DNA from: Candidatus Micrarchaeota archaeon
GTDB taxonomy: Archaea; Micrarchaeota; Micrarchaeia; Anstonellales; Bilamarchaeaceae
Direction of reading: 5' to 3'
DNA: 59,955 nt
Assembly: GCA_038046765.1 (NCBI GenBank)
Contig: JBBSVN010000016.1
Location: forward strand, 1-59,955
Shown in pieces: positions 49,770-59,955 of this stretch (position 1 is the first letter of the stretch; the number at the start of each line of letters is the position of its first letter). The notes beneath the pieces were generated by a model. The model did not search any database and was not told the DNA's origin. It worked only from the letters and a program-made list of their open reading frames with translations. The position numbers were made by a program, and so were the translations under genes.

Positions 49770-51236
49770 ATGGTAAAAGTTTCACGGTGTATGAGTACAC
49801 AGCATCCGGATAATGTTTCAACCCCTTTTTTCTCGGATAGAGAAGTTTTGGCTGGAGAAGATGAAATAAAAGAAGCATATTTTGTATTTTCACAACTAAA
49901 CTGCAAAGAACAAATGTGGGATGGCGAAGGCAAAGAAGTCGACGAAGAAGTAGTTGAAAAATTATTTACACGCTACCCAGAATTCTTCAGTAAGAGTATT
50001 CTAGGAAAGGATTTTTTCCTAACTTATAGAGTCCCAAATCCTAGTGTTCAAAAAGAAAAAGGAAAAGTAATGTTTGAAACTCTTCATAGCATAACGCGTG
50101 CAGCTGATGCGGCAAAAATTGCAAATAATCAGGATATTCCACCGATATTTGAGTTAATCTTGCCAATGACTACAAGCCTAGAAGAAATTGAAATGGTAAA
50201 AGAATACTATGAAAAAGTTATCATCGGTCAAAAAAATATCGTTTTGCACAATAAAAAAACAGTCAAAGAATGGGTCGGAGATTTTCAGCCAGAAAGTATA
50301 AATGTCATTCCATTATTTGAAGATCAAAATGCTTTATTAAATTCTGCAAAAATTGTTGAAGAGTATCTAAAGAAAAAAGATTACGAATATCAAAGGGTAT
50401 TCTTAGCTAGAAGTGATCCTGCATTAAATTACGGTAGTGCATGTGCTGTCCTTTTAGCTAAAATCGCGCTTATGCGATTACAAGATGTAGAAGATAAAAT
50501 TTCTATTGATCTATTGCCCATACTGGGAGTTGGAAGTGCACCTTTTAGGGGGAACTTTAGACCAGATAATGTTGATAATTGCGGGGATGAATATCCTAGT
50601 GTCCAGACTTTTACTGCTCAATCTTCTTTCAAATATGATAATTCCTTTAAGGATGTTGCAAATGCAATCGACATGTTAAACTTAAGTCGACGCGGTAAAG
50701 CTTTAAATATCGATGAAAAACGCGCATTATTCTTTGTCGAAAAAATAAAGAATGAATATCAGACACAAATCTCCTCAATATTTGATATTATAAATAATGT
50801 TTCTGCATTTGTCCCATCAAAAAGAAGCAGAAAACTTCACGTTGGCTTATTCGGTTATTCGAGATCTCTTAAAGGCGTAAAATTGCCTAGAGCGATAAGT
50901 TTTTGTGCATCACTTTATTCAATTGGTCTTCCACCAGAACTTCTTGGATTAAGTGCGCTTAATGAAAAGGAGTTTGATGAACTTCATAATTTATATGTAA
51001 AAGTCGATGAAGACTTACAAGATGTTGCAAAGTTCATAAATATGAACAATATAAATAAACTTCCAAATGAAGTTAAAAAAGGAGTAACTAAAGTTTTAGG
51101 GTGGATAGATTACGAAGAAGATGATAATTATGTTCATGTAACAACCAAACTATACGACGCCCTTTTAAAAGGTGACCAACAGGCAGTAAAAGAAAATCTA
51201 AAGAACGCGGCTTGGATGAGGAAGTTTTTGGGATAA
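49770..51236 (+). CDS. ppcA: Archaeal-type phosphoenolpyruvate carboxylase
   Basis: MSTQHPDN, EQMWDGEGK, LARSDPALNYG, GSAPFRG, LPRAISF. Confidence 0.96.
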   Translation: MVKVSRCMSTQHPDNVSTPFFSDREVLAGEDEIKEAYFVFSQLNCKEQMWDGEGKEVDEEVVEKLFTRYPEFFSKSILGKDFFLTYRVPNPSVQKEKGKVMFETLHSITRAADAAKIANNQDIPPIFELILPMTTSLEEIEMVKEYYEKVIIGQKNIVLHNKKTVKEWVGDFQPESINVIPLFEDQNALLNSAKIVEEYLKKKDYEYQRVFLARSDPALNYGSACAVLLAKIALMRLQDVEDKISIDLLPILGVGSAPFRGNFRPDNVDNCGDEYPSVQTFTAQSSFKYDNSFKDVANAIDMLNLSRRGKALNIDEKRALFFVEKIKNEYQTQISSIFDIINNVSAFVPSKRSRKLHVGLFGYSRSLKGVKLPRAISFCASLYSIGLPPELLGLSALNEKEFDELHNLYVKVDEDLQDVAKFINMNNINKLPNEVKKGVTKVLGWIDYEEDDNYVHVTTKLYDALLKGDQQAVKENLKNAAWMRKFLG

Positions 51237-51274
51237 ATGTGAATAATTATAAAAAGGATCTGAGAACGATTATT

Positions 51275-51511
51275 ATGTCAGAAATTGTTATCGATGAAAA
51301 AATAAGGCACGGAAAACCTACTATAAAAGGAACACGCATAACTGTTGACGAAGTACTTGATATGTTAAAGTCAGGTATGTCCTATGAAGAAATAACAAAA
51401 GATTATAGTTTAACAAAAGATCAGATAGTCGCAGTATTAACATATGTCTCTTCTTTGATTCATGGTGAAGAAGTACACAAGGTGCCCATGGCAAATGAAG
51501 TTGTTTCTTGA
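51275..51511 (+). CDS. DUF433-family antitoxin
   Basis: IRHGKPTIKGTRITV...GMSYEEI..DY.L. Confidence 0.9.
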   Translation: MSEIVIDEKIRHGKPTIKGTRITVDEVLDMLKSGMSYEEITKDYSLTKDQIVAVLTYVSSLIHGEEVHKVPMANEVVS

Positions 51512-51854
51512 TGAAAACCTACCAAGATCTCTAGTTTTATCATTAAATGAGCTTGGTTTTGTCGTAACACATGCAAGTGATGTCGGACTTAGAGGCGCAA
51601 AAGACTACGAAATTGCAGAATACGCAAGAAAACAGAATGCAATTTTGATAACAAAAGACTTAGAGTTTGGTAGCTTTTTAATTTATCCAAAAACTAGTCA
51701 TCATGGCTTGATTATATTGCGGTTTCCTGATTACTTTAAATCATACGATATTGCTAGGGCATTAACGGAGTTCTTAAAAACCTTCGACCACAATAATTTA
51801 ATCGGCAAACTTATCGTACTAGAAATTGGGCATTACCGAATTAGAGAATTATAA
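51495..51854 (+). CDS. DUF5615 PIN-like toxin
   Basis: MKLFLDENLP, GAKDYEI, ILITKDLEFG, HHGLIILR. Confidence 0.88.
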   Translation: MKLFLDENLPRSLVLSLNELGFVVTHASDVGLRGAKDYEIAEYARKQNAILITKDLEFGSFLIYPKTSHHGLIILRFPDYFKSYDIARALTEFLKTFDHNNLIGKLIVLEIGHYRIREL

Positions 51855-51880
51855 ATATAATAATCGCTAGAGCTGGTTTT

Positions 51881-53026
51881 ATGACTGATATTAAAGAAGA
51901 ATCTATGGACTTACACAGAAAAATTAAAGGTAAAATAACGATTGAAGCTAAAGCGAAAATTGAAAATAAGCACGACCTTGCTTTGCTTTATACTCCCGGA
52001 GTTGCTGAAGCATGCATGCAGATTTTTAAAAACCCTGAATTAGTTTATGATCTGACTATGAAACACAACACTGTGGCAATCGTGAGCGATGGAACGCGCG
52101 TGCTTGGACTAGGTAAAATAGGTGCTGAAGCAGCACTTCCAGTTATGGAAGGCAAGGCATTAATAATGAAAGAATTTGGGGGAATTGACGCGTTTCCAAT
52201 CTGCCTTAAAACTACTGATGCGGATACGATTGTTGAAATTGTTAAGAATTTAGAGCCTAATTTCGGTGCAATAAATTTAGAAGATATTGAAACTCCAAAA
52301 GTTTTTGAAATCGAGCAAAGGCTTATAGAAGAAATGAATATTCCTGTTTTTCATGATGATCAGCATGGAACTGCAATGGTTGTTTTAGCTGCTTTAATTA
52401 ATGCTTTAAAAATTGCAAAAAAAGGCAAAGACGCCAAAATACTTATGGTAGGTGCTGGTGCTGCCGGTTATGCGATTTCTCATCTATTGCCGGTCGCAGG
52501 ATATGAAAATTTAGTTGTATTTGATCGAGAAGGTGCAATAGAGAAATCTCGGCCAAACTTAGAGCCTTACAAAATAAAGCTTGCAGAACTTACAAATAAA
52601 GAAGGATACAAGGGAAAATTAGAAGATTACAAAGGCGCAGATGTGATGATTTGTGCGTCATCTCCAAAATCAGTTCCGCATATAACTATAAATAATATGC
52701 GTGGACCAAAAATTTTATTTTCACTAGCTAATCCAGTTCCAGAAATTTCTCTTGACGAAGCTAAAATTCTTAGCGTAGAAATTTACGGTAGCGGAAGGGC
52801 AGATGTTCCAAATCAAATAAATAATTCAGTATGTTTTCCAGGTTTCTTACGCGCACTTTTAGATTTCAGAATAAAGAAAATAGCTCCAGAAATGAAAATA
52901 GCAGCAGCTCAAGCTATTGCAGATGTAGTTAGCGAAGAAGAGTTAAAAACTGGAAAAATAATCCCTGATACTTTTGATAAACGGATTTTACCTAAGATTT
53001 TGGAATATGTGAAGAAGGTAGTTTAA
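51881..53026 (+). CDS. NAD(P)-dependent malic enzyme
   Basis: YTPGVA, LPVMEGKA, INLEDI, FHDDQHGT, GAGAAG, LANPVPE, NQINN. Confidence 0.95.
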   Translation: MTDIKEESMDLHRKIKGKITIEAKAKIENKHDLALLYTPGVAEACMQIFKNPELVYDLTMKHNTVAIVSDGTRVLGLGKIGAEAALPVMEGKALIMKEFGGIDAFPICLKTTDADTIVEIVKNLEPNFGAINLEDIETPKVFEIEQRLIEEMNIPVFHDDQHGTAMVVLAALINALKIAKKGKDAKILMVGAGAAGYAISHLLPVAGYENLVVFDREGAIEKSRPNLEPYKIKLAELTNKEGYKGKLEDYKGADVMICASSPKSVPHITINNMRGPKILFSLANPVPEISLDEAKILSVEIYGSGRADVPNQINNSVCFPGFLRALLDFRIKKIAPEMKIAAAQAIADVVSEEELKTGKIIPDTFDKRILPKILEYVKKVV

Positions 53027-53795
53027 ACATTAAATTTGCCTTTCTTAAATCCATACGTGCAAGTAAACATGAAATTGTTTCGGTTATTGTTAAGTCTTTT
53101 TCTAGCTCTAAAATTCTTTCTAAATCTAACCTTGTACTTGGAGACAGATCAAAATTTTCAGCTAGATTTCTAAAAATTGCGCTTGCGTATAATTTTGAGC
53201 TTTGCCTTTTGTCTTCTAAATACATAATTAGTTTTGGCTCTAAGAATCTTAAATCATAACCTAAAGTAGTGAATTTAAGCAAACACTCTGCAACCCTTGT
53301 TTTTTCAAAAGCAAAACAGGGGTCAGAGTTAGTTAAAAATGAACCCAAAAATCGAAATGTAGAGTTAATATCAATTTTTCTTTGAATTAATACATTTAAT
53401 GCTTTATATGCGTTATCTCTTATCTGATCGTCAAAATTAAGTAGTGCATATCCTAGAATTGTCGCAAGAGTTTTTGTATGACTTGTGTGATTTGCTAATT
53501 GAACTAAAATTTCAGAAGCTTGAATTGACATGTTTATCTCTTGTGGGTTTATGGATTCTGGGCGTCTTATGGGAAAAAGTACCCCCAATTTACGGATATC
53601 TAACTCACAGTCAGAAATAGGGAAAGGAAGAGCGTAATAAACCCCACTTACTCTTTTTGTGGGATATTGCATCTGGAGTAAACTTGCAATTCTAATCAAA
53701 CCAGTAGTTTCTCTATTTTTATCTGCTAAGGTTGGCAATGTAGGGATGCCTCCAATATCCTTTTTAGATAAACGTTGAGTAATCATTTTAACCAC
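52992..53795 (-). CDS. Hypothetical HEAT/ARM-like helical protein
   Basis: Repeating amphipathic helices (DDQIRDNAYKAL, SKLYASAIFRNLA). Confidence 0.5.
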   Translation of the reverse strand: MVKMITQRLSKKDIGGIPTLPTLADKNRETTGLIRIASLLQMQYPTKRVSGVYYALPFPISDCELDIRKLGVLFPIRRPESINPQEINMSIQASEILVQLANHTSHTKTLATILGYALLNFDDQIRDNAYKALNVLIQRKIDINSTFRFLGSFLTNSDPCFAFEKTRVAECLLKFTTLGYDLRFLEPKLIMYLEDKRQSSKLYASAIFRNLAENFDLSPSTRLDLERILELEKDLTITETISCLLARMDLRKANLMFKLPSSHIPKS

Positions 53796-54016
53796 TAAGT
53801 AATTCTAGATTTTCATGATATTTTATTATTTATTTTCGTATTTTGGGAGTTTGCCTAGCTTCAACTAAGCAAAAGTATTTTCTATACTAATTAGCACCTC
53901 TTCGAGTATTTAAACCTTTGCCCAAATTCAACATTTTCTATAACCATAAGGCTTAAATATAAGTTATGTGGTAATAAGATTATCAAAACGATTACTACTA
54001 ACTAGGTGAAACGAAT

Positions 54017-54517
54017 ATGGAAGAACTCGTAAAAGAGCTTGAAAGATTAATTGATGTTCTAAAAACAGACTTAGAGCCTAAAGATGAATTAAATATACTA
54101 AGGAAAATTCAAGTATTATTTTGCAGGGATAGGTCACATGATCTAAGCACTAAAAAGCAGGAAGAAATTACTCAGATGCTGGAAGAAAAAATCCGCGTAA
54201 TAAGGGAAGATATATACTCTAGAACTACACAAAAAATGGGGGTAAGTGAATTAATTCGAGAAGTCTGTGCTTATAATTTGGAACTTTTATTTGAAGAGCA
54301 CAACATTTTTAATCACAGAATCAAATCAGCAGTAGAAATTCTAAAAATAGTTAGAAAAACTGACCCATGCGAGCAGGTTCGAGTTGCTATAGAACAAGCT
54401 CTAGCACGATTTAATCATCTATGTTTACCAAACACTAAAAATGATTTAAGAATAGTTGGACAAAATCCATTACCAGTTCAAGCAGTAACAAAACTAAAAT
54501 TGGTATCTGGAAAATAA
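54017..54517 (+). CDS. Hypothetical helical protein
   Basis: GGTGA RBS; HEAT-like DPCEQVRVAIEQAL. Confidence 0.6.
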   Translation: MEELVKELERLIDVLKTDLEPKDELNILRKIQVLFCRDRSHDLSTKKQEEITQMLEEKIRVIREDIYSRTTQKMGVSELIREVCAYNLELLFEEHNIFNHRIKSAVEILKIVRKTDPCEQVRVAIEQALARFNHLCLPNTKNDLRIVGQNPLPVQAVTKLKLVSGK

Positions 54518-54524
54518 ACTTAGT

Positions 54525-55955
54525 TTATTTCTTATACTTCTTCACAAGTTCCAAATCAACTTCGCTTGGTCCAACTGCATTAGCAATTATTTTTTCTAAA
54601 TCAGCTTTTTCTACAATCTTACGTTCGAGCAACATATCTTTAAGCGGTTTGTTTGTTTGATACGCTTCTGTAACTAGTTTTGAAACCATCGAATAACCCA
54701 AATAAGGATTAAGCGCTGTCGCATAAATTAATGAATTATCAAAATGTTTCTTAGATTGCTCCTCATTTACTCTCAATCCTTTTATGCAGTACTCATCAAA
54801 CATAAAGCAGCCATTAGTTAACAGTTCCAAACTTTCTAGTAAATTATGTGTTAGAAGCGGAGCAAAGAAATTAAGTTCAAACTGTCCGTTTAACGCTCCT
54901 TGTAAAACCCCAACATCATTAGAAATAACTTGTGAACAAACAAAGTTCATTGCTTCCGGAACGCTCGGGTTTACTTTTCCAGGCATTATGCTTGAACCGG
55001 GTTCTACTTCAGGAATACTTAATTCGTTAATCCCTGTTTTTGGTCCCGAAACAAATAAACGAATATCATTTGAAATACGGTTTAATGTAACTGCGAGGCA
55101 TCTTAGAGAAGAAGACGCATACAAAAACGCATTCATACTGTGTGTGGTTTCAACTGTGCTTTTTGCGATCGAAACTTTAAGTCCGGTAAGTACGGTCAAA
55201 TGCTTAGCAACTGTTTCTTTGAACTTTGGATGCGTATTTATTCCAGTTCCTAACGCAGTACCTCCGATTCCAAGAACAAGAAGAGATTCAAACGATTTTC
55301 TTATATACTCGTGATCGCGTTTTATCGCTTCGCTATATGCTTCGAATACTTGTCCAAAAGTAATTGGAACTGCATCCTGTAAATGTGTTCTTCCGACTTT
55401 TACAAAATTTTTGTATTCTGTTGCTTTTTTATCAAAAGATTTTTCTAATAAAGAGATGTTTTCGTACAGTCTCTTAGCTTCTAATAATGCAGCTAATCGA
55501 AGCGCTGTTGGCATTACATCATTTGAACTTTGGGCCGCATTAACATGGTTGTTTGGGTGAACTAGTTTATACTCTCCTTTTTTTCCACCTAAAATTTCAC
55601 TAGCTCTATTTGCGATTACTTCATTTGTATTCATATTAGTTGGAGTACCTGCTCCTGCTTGAAATGCATCTAGTATAAATTGGCTATCAAACTTTCCAGA
55701 AAGAATTTCATCACATGCTTGCGCGATTGCATCAACAAGCTTTTTATCTAATACGCCTAGTTCACCATTAGCTAGTGCACATGCTTTTTTTAATGTAACA
55801 AGCGCGTAAATATATTTGATATTTACTTTGTTGCCACTAAGTCTAAAAACTTTATTTGCCCTAACAGCAAATCCGCCATAATAAGCGTCAATTGGTACTT
55901 CAATTTTTCCTAAGAAATCTTCTTCAATTCTTGTAGAATTATTATTTTGTTGCAT
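54525..55955 (-). CDS. Aspartate ammonia-lyase / class II fumarase
   Basis: GTPTNMNTNEV, KVGRTHLQDA, GSSIMPGKVNP. Confidence 0.92.
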   Translation of the reverse strand: MQQNNNSTRIEEDFLGKIEVPIDAYYGGFAVRANKVFRLSGNKVNIKYIYALVTLKKACALANGELGVLDKKLVDAIAQACDEILSGKFDSQFILDAFQAGAGTPTNMNTNEVIANRASEILGGKKGEYKLVHPNNHVNAAQSSNDVMPTALRLAALLEAKRLYENISLLEKSFDKKATEYKNFVKVGRTHLQDAVPITFGQVFEAYSEAIKRDHEYIRKSFESLLVLGIGGTALGTGINTHPKFKETVAKHLTVLTGLKVSIAKSTVETTHSMNAFLYASSSLRCLAVTLNRISNDIRLFVSGPKTGINELSIPEVEPGSSIMPGKVNPSVPEAMNFVCSQVISNDVGVLQGALNGQFELNFFAPLLTHNLLESLELLTNGCFMFDEYCIKGLRVNEEQSKKHFDNSLIYATALNPYLGYSMVSKLVTEAYQTNKPLKDMLLERKIVEKADLEKIIANAVGPSEVDLELVKKYKK

Positions 55956-56054
55956 TAATTAACCTCTTTATTAAGTTATAACAGAAAATTCTACCAAAAA
56001 GGTTTTTAATCAGCTCGAAATGATATTCGATTATTAACGGATAAAATTTGTCTG

Positions 56055-57524
56055 TTATTCTCTTTCCACAATATTGTCTCCTCTGATTTTATCTGTATCT
56101 CCAGGTGCTGCAATCTTGTCTGTATCCCCTTTCGATTTCGGCTCTTGCAATTCAAAAGACTCCGTTAGTCCTTCAATTATTACCGAATCTAATTCTGGAA
56201 CTTCTGCAACCGGGTTCATTGCCTCTTCTGCGCTTGGGTTTTTACCCATGTCAAATTTATGGGCTAATGCGCGTAAGTCCATACCAATTACCGTTGCCTT
56301 TGTGTCATTATCAGTAACTAAGCCTGCAACAGGAAAGGTAAAAAACGGATAACATAAACCAACTCCAAGAAATTCATGCATCAAGTTCCCTCTTACCAAG
56401 GGGCCAATATACTCTTTATCCGATCTAACTAGAAATCTTATATTAGTTGAAGCAAGTACTACTGTAAGTTCAGCATCTATATGGGCTAATCCAAGACGGA
56501 TAAAACTATTCGTTATTTCCTGCATAATTCTATTATGCAAAGAAGAGACTGATTCAATGTGGTTATCTTTTAAAATTAATTCTACAATCTCTTGGATAGT
56601 TAATTTGCTAAGCCTGGAAAAATTATTTTTTCTAATAAATTTTCTTACCAATCCGCTTAAATTAAGTAATACTTTGCCATCAAGTCGCTCGCCACAAGGT
56701 ATTGTTGTATCAGGATCAATAAAGTAAAATCCGTTTTCATTTGGAAACTGTGCAATAACGCTGATTTTTTGATTTATACTATTCGGGTCAAGATTATAAC
56801 CTTGTTCAGTAGGAACAAGGTCCTCAATTGTAACTGCGGAAATTGCAATTGCACAAGAAATACCAACGTATTCTGAAGGCGTATTAAATATCAATCTTGG
56901 CTGATTTACATGTAAATAGTTAGCTTGAAAATAATTTAATCTATCATTCTTTGCAAGAGTTTGTTTATCCGATAATAAAATATCTGGTGAAGGATAAATT
57001 ATTTGTTTTCCAAATACACTGCCACTACCTGGATAAATTACAAAAGTGTTAGATGCGATTACAGAATAATCCCCCAAAAGAGCATTTTCTCCAAAATTGC
57101 TCATAAGTTTTATACACGATTTTGGCACTGCCCCGCATAATTTTGAAAATCCTAACCCATTAGCAGTATAATTTTTTCCGCTTACTTTTACCTCTCCCAT
57201 CAAAAGAAATTCTAGTGTTAATGGATCAATTATAGAAATTCTGGAACCGTTTTGTCTATTATGATGTGCAACACTTATTTGCATATCAAAAGCAGATAGT
57301 TCTTCTTCTCTTGAGGAAAATATTCCTGCATATTTACTAGGACATCGTGCATCTAAAGAATAAGGTTCCAGAAGTATCATATCTTTTTTTAACACAAAAG
57401 GGTTTTGTCTAATCCTTTGCTCATGAGCTGCAATCCTGCTCTCTCTTCTTAGGTCATGATCTAATCTTCTTATAGAATCAAAACTTCTACCAGCCAGAAT
57501 TCCAAAAAGCATTTTTCGCACCAA
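56055..57524 (-). CDS. Hypothetical protein, distant paralog of 27982-28740
   Basis: QFPNENGFYFIDPDTTIPCG and RFLVRSDKEYIGPLVRG motifs. Confidence 0.65.
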   Translation of the reverse strand: MVRKMLFGILAGRSFDSIRRLDHDLRRESRIAAHEQRIRQNPFVLKKDMILLEPYSLDARCPSKYAGIFSSREEELSAFDMQISVAHHNRQNGSRISIIDPLTLEFLLMGEVKVSGKNYTANGLGFSKLCGAVPKSCIKLMSNFGENALLGDYSVIASNTFVIYPGSGSVFGKQIIYPSPDILLSDKQTLAKNDRLNYFQANYLHVNQPRLIFNTPSEYVGISCAIAISAVTIEDLVPTEQGYNLDPNSINQKISVIAQFPNENGFYFIDPDTTIPCGERLDGKVLLNLSGLVRKFIRKNNFSRLSKLTIQEIVELILKDNHIESVSSLHNRIMQEITNSFIRLGLAHIDAELTVVLASTNIRFLVRSDKEYIGPLVRGNLMHEFLGVGLCYPFFTFPVAGLVTDNDTKATVIGMDLRALAHKFDMGKNPSAEEAMNPVAEVPELDSVIIEGLTESFELQEPKSKGDTDKIAAPGDTDKIRGDNIVERE

Positions 57525-57548
57525 AATTATTTTTTTGTTGTTTTGCCC

Positions 57549-58808
57549 TTAGTTCGATATATCAATTGCTTCCATAGCAGCTGTTCTAGCTTCACCTACG
57601 TCTGCTTTTTCAGTTTCCCCTGAAACGGGTAAATCCCTGGCCGTATCTGCCTTTTGAATAACCTCGCTTGCGATTGCGCTTAGATCTATTGCAAATGTGT
57701 CTGCAAGTGCCGCTGCTAACCTAGCATTTACTGGAGGAGTACTTTTTCCATTTGCTGTCACGGGTGGTTGAGGTTTAACTCTTCTTAACTCGGTCGTAGT
57801 TGCAGTTACATCTAAAGTATTAATTGGGGGAATATTAACTACTGGAATCGATACAGTATCTCCAATTTCGTGGTTTATCATAAACAAGGTTGCTCCTAAG
57901 GCTGTAGTTTGCATTGTAATTGCACCTTCAAAAGAGCTTACTACTCCGCCGATCGTTTGATAAGATAATAAATTAAAATCATGCTTAGGCATTATTTCAA
58001 CACCCCTAAATGCAAAGCCTGCAAATGGTTTATCCGCTTGTGGGCCTTTAAAGTTCACATATCTTTCGTGGTCTGGTTTTTTATCTAAAGGCCAATCTCC
58101 AATCGGGATACCTCTTTCGTCTATTTGATACAAACCACTTTGGTAAGGAAAATTAGGATAGCTAGCCGCACTAGCCGAACACTTTACGTGTAGATCAATT
58201 CCATCGAATTTGAAGTTTTGGTTAAAGTCCAAATTAAAAATAACAATTGCGCCAATTTCGCCATCAAAATCAGAGGTATCCACAATTATTTTTCTTGGGT
58301 TGCTTAAATTATATTTTGTTCTAAGCGTTCTTTGGCTACTAAATCTTTCGAGAATAGGTATTTTATTTTCGATGATCATTTCTTTACCGAATCCAGTCAA
58401 TTCTGCAGGTCTAATTATAAACGCATTAACTGGAAAATGTGAACACCTAAAATATACCTTTCCATTCACCTTTACTGCCCCATTACCATTTGTGTACTTT
58501 GGGAAAAAAACGCCTGAAGATGAGACTTCTTTTCCTGTATCAGCATCTAAGTTAGACCCTAAAACAAGTAAATCATGCGCATCTATCGGATCAATTAATC
58601 GAACTTCTATTCTTCTCTTTTTTAAATCTGCAATCTCTTTTAATGCCTGGATTGGTAAAACTCCTTCTGTTTCCTTATCAGGAACACCATTTTTAAAGTA
58701 TTTTTTTAGTAAAACTGCTGCACTCTTTTTATCTGCATTAGCTAAACCGCTTGTAAATGTATGAACAAGAACGTTCGAATTTGGTTTTTCAATTATTGCT
58801 TGGCTCAT
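57549..58808 (-). CDS. Hypothetical protein, distant paralog of 27982-28740
   Basis: NFPYQSGLYQIDERGIPIG and RYV...FAGFAFRG motifs; low-complexity tail. Confidence 0.65.
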   Translation of the reverse strand: MSQAIIEKPNSNVLVHTFTSGLANADKKSAAVLLKKYFKNGVPDKETEGVLPIQALKEIADLKKRRIEVRLIDPIDAHDLLVLGSNLDADTGKEVSSSGVFFPKYTNGNGAVKVNGKVYFRCSHFPVNAFIIRPAELTGFGKEMIIENKIPILERFSSQRTLRTKYNLSNPRKIIVDTSDFDGEIGAIVIFNLDFNQNFKFDGIDLHVKCSASAASYPNFPYQSGLYQIDERGIPIGDWPLDKKPDHERYVNFKGPQADKPFAGFAFRGVEIMPKHDFNLLSYQTIGGVVSSFEGAITMQTTALGATLFMINHEIGDTVSIPVVNIPPINTLDVTATTTELRRVKPQPPVTANGKSTPPVNARLAAALADTFAIDLSAIASEVIQKADTARDLPVSGETEKADVGEARTAAMEAIDISN

Positions 58809-58906
58809 TTTAACACCTATTTGTAATATGTTTATATGGTAAATAGGCTATAAAAAACTATCTAATCTGTACGTAATTTAACACAATTATAAAATTAGTC
58901 TGAGTG

Positions 58907-59824
58907 CTAGTTAGAATTTTTATCTAATTCATCAAGTATCTTACACACCTGGTTTACTCCATCAATATTAAGAATTGGTTTTCCAAATTCAACCGTATCA
59001 TCAACAATTCTTGGGCAGGCCGTGTTTACGTAACAATCAAATACAAGAAAATTATTTACTGTAATCGGTTCTAGTTCGTTTGCTACTAAAATTGCACATT
59101 GTTTTCCGCGTTTTTCTAATTCCCGTTTTGCATACTCTGCATGTCCTAGGTTAAATTGACCTACTTTTGTGCTTACAAGTATTGCAAATCTTTTACAGTC
59201 TACTGCCTTTATTATTGATGCTTTTCTTCTTTTATGGAGCAGTTCAATATCTTTATTTACTGCTCTAAATTCTTTTGTAGTGGGGTTAAATATGTAAACT
59301 GGTTTTTTACTTTCAATCGCGAGTGGATGAAACATCCCATCTCCAATGTATAATACTGCTTCTATTCTTGATTCAAGTTTTTTTATGCTTAATGCATCGC
59401 AGCCTAATACCTGGCCTGGTTCTCTTGCCCAAAAGCCAGTTTCTGTGAGCACAGTTATCCCATTATTTGCAAAAATTTCCTTTATCTGCGGCATTTGATG
59501 AATGTTTTGAACTGTTGTCAGGATTGCGATTGTTTTGTACTCTTTTAATTTTGGGGCAAATTCTTCTATAATTCTTAAATCTAAATCAATTGTGTAAGGC
59601 ACATATTCAATTGGTATTTCGAGTTCGCTTCGGACAAATTTATTATGTCCAAAATGTACTATTTTATCTGCCTTTATCCATCTTGCTTCATCTAAGGATA
59701 TGTCGCATGCGCCATAGCAAGCAGAAGCAGATAGGAATACTTCGTGACCTTCACTTTGATATTTTTGCATTAATTCAAAGCCTCTTTGTTTGAGTCCTTC
59801 CGGAAATTGTAAAAGAATACGCAT
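58907..59824 (-). CDS. dph2: Diphthamide biosynthesis enzyme Dph2
   Basis: LLQFPEGLK, CYGACD, GQVLGCD, TACPRI. Confidence 0.96.
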   Translation of the reverse strand: MRILLQFPEGLKQRGFELMQKYQSEGHEVFLSASACYGACDISLDEARWIKADKIVHFGHNKFVRSELEIPIEYVPYTIDLDLRIIEEFAPKLKEYKTIAILTTVQNIHQMPQIKEIFANNGITVLTETGFWAREPGQVLGCDALSIKKLESRIEAVLYIGDGMFHPLAIESKKPVYIFNPTTKEFRAVNKDIELLHKRRKASIIKAVDCKRFAILVSTKVGQFNLGHAEYAKRELEKRGKQCAILVANELEPITVNNFLVFDCYVNTACPRIVDDTVEFGKPILNIDGVNQVCKILDELDKNSN

Positions 59825-59955
59825 AAATTCATCTAGTCAAATTAGTTTTGTTATTAATGATGAATGAATTAGTATTTAATGTTTTTGCTATTGCTAATTT
59901 ACAGTAGTTCCGAACTTCTTTTAACACATTAAAAATAGCCACTGTTTATTCTGAT

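Noticed and set aside
58210..58764. Antisense ORFs of the track (e.g. 58210..58764, 54784..55314, 14030..14425, 16604..16996, 134..370)
   Set aside because: They are shadows of better-supported genes on the opposite strand and show no motifs

Overview
AT-rich archaeal chromosomal segment. Gene content (rps26e, rpl15e, rpl37ae, exosome/SBDS/prefoldin cluster, A-type ATPase operon, dph2, ppcA, type-2 IPP isomerase) and many orphans point to a DPANN archaeon, probably Micrarchaeota (inferred, not proven). Housekeeping operons are interleaved with four toxin-antitoxin pairs, surface proteins and ORFans. Main observations: (1) a four-helix-bundle (23S-IVS-protein-like) gene inserted between atpB and atpD, bracketed by complementary 7-nt-periodic GAGC/GCTC arrays, with related orphan arrays after atpD and between rrp41 and rrp42; (2) a gene whose 3' end has a run of NNC codons typical of a diversity-generating-retroelement variable region, plus two distant paralogs, with no RT in the window; (3) tRNA-Leu(TAG) and tRNA-Ser(TGA) with large multi-branched insertions in the T- and D-loops; (4) a cysteine-free RNA polymerase subunit Rpo12 missed by the ORF track; (5) an 856-aa Cys-rich lipoprotein with a lytic-transglycosylase (SLT) motif set; (6) hairpin-rich 5' leaders before rps26e and a CxxC-x17-CxxC gene. 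All calls come from reading the sequence by eye; no searches were run.
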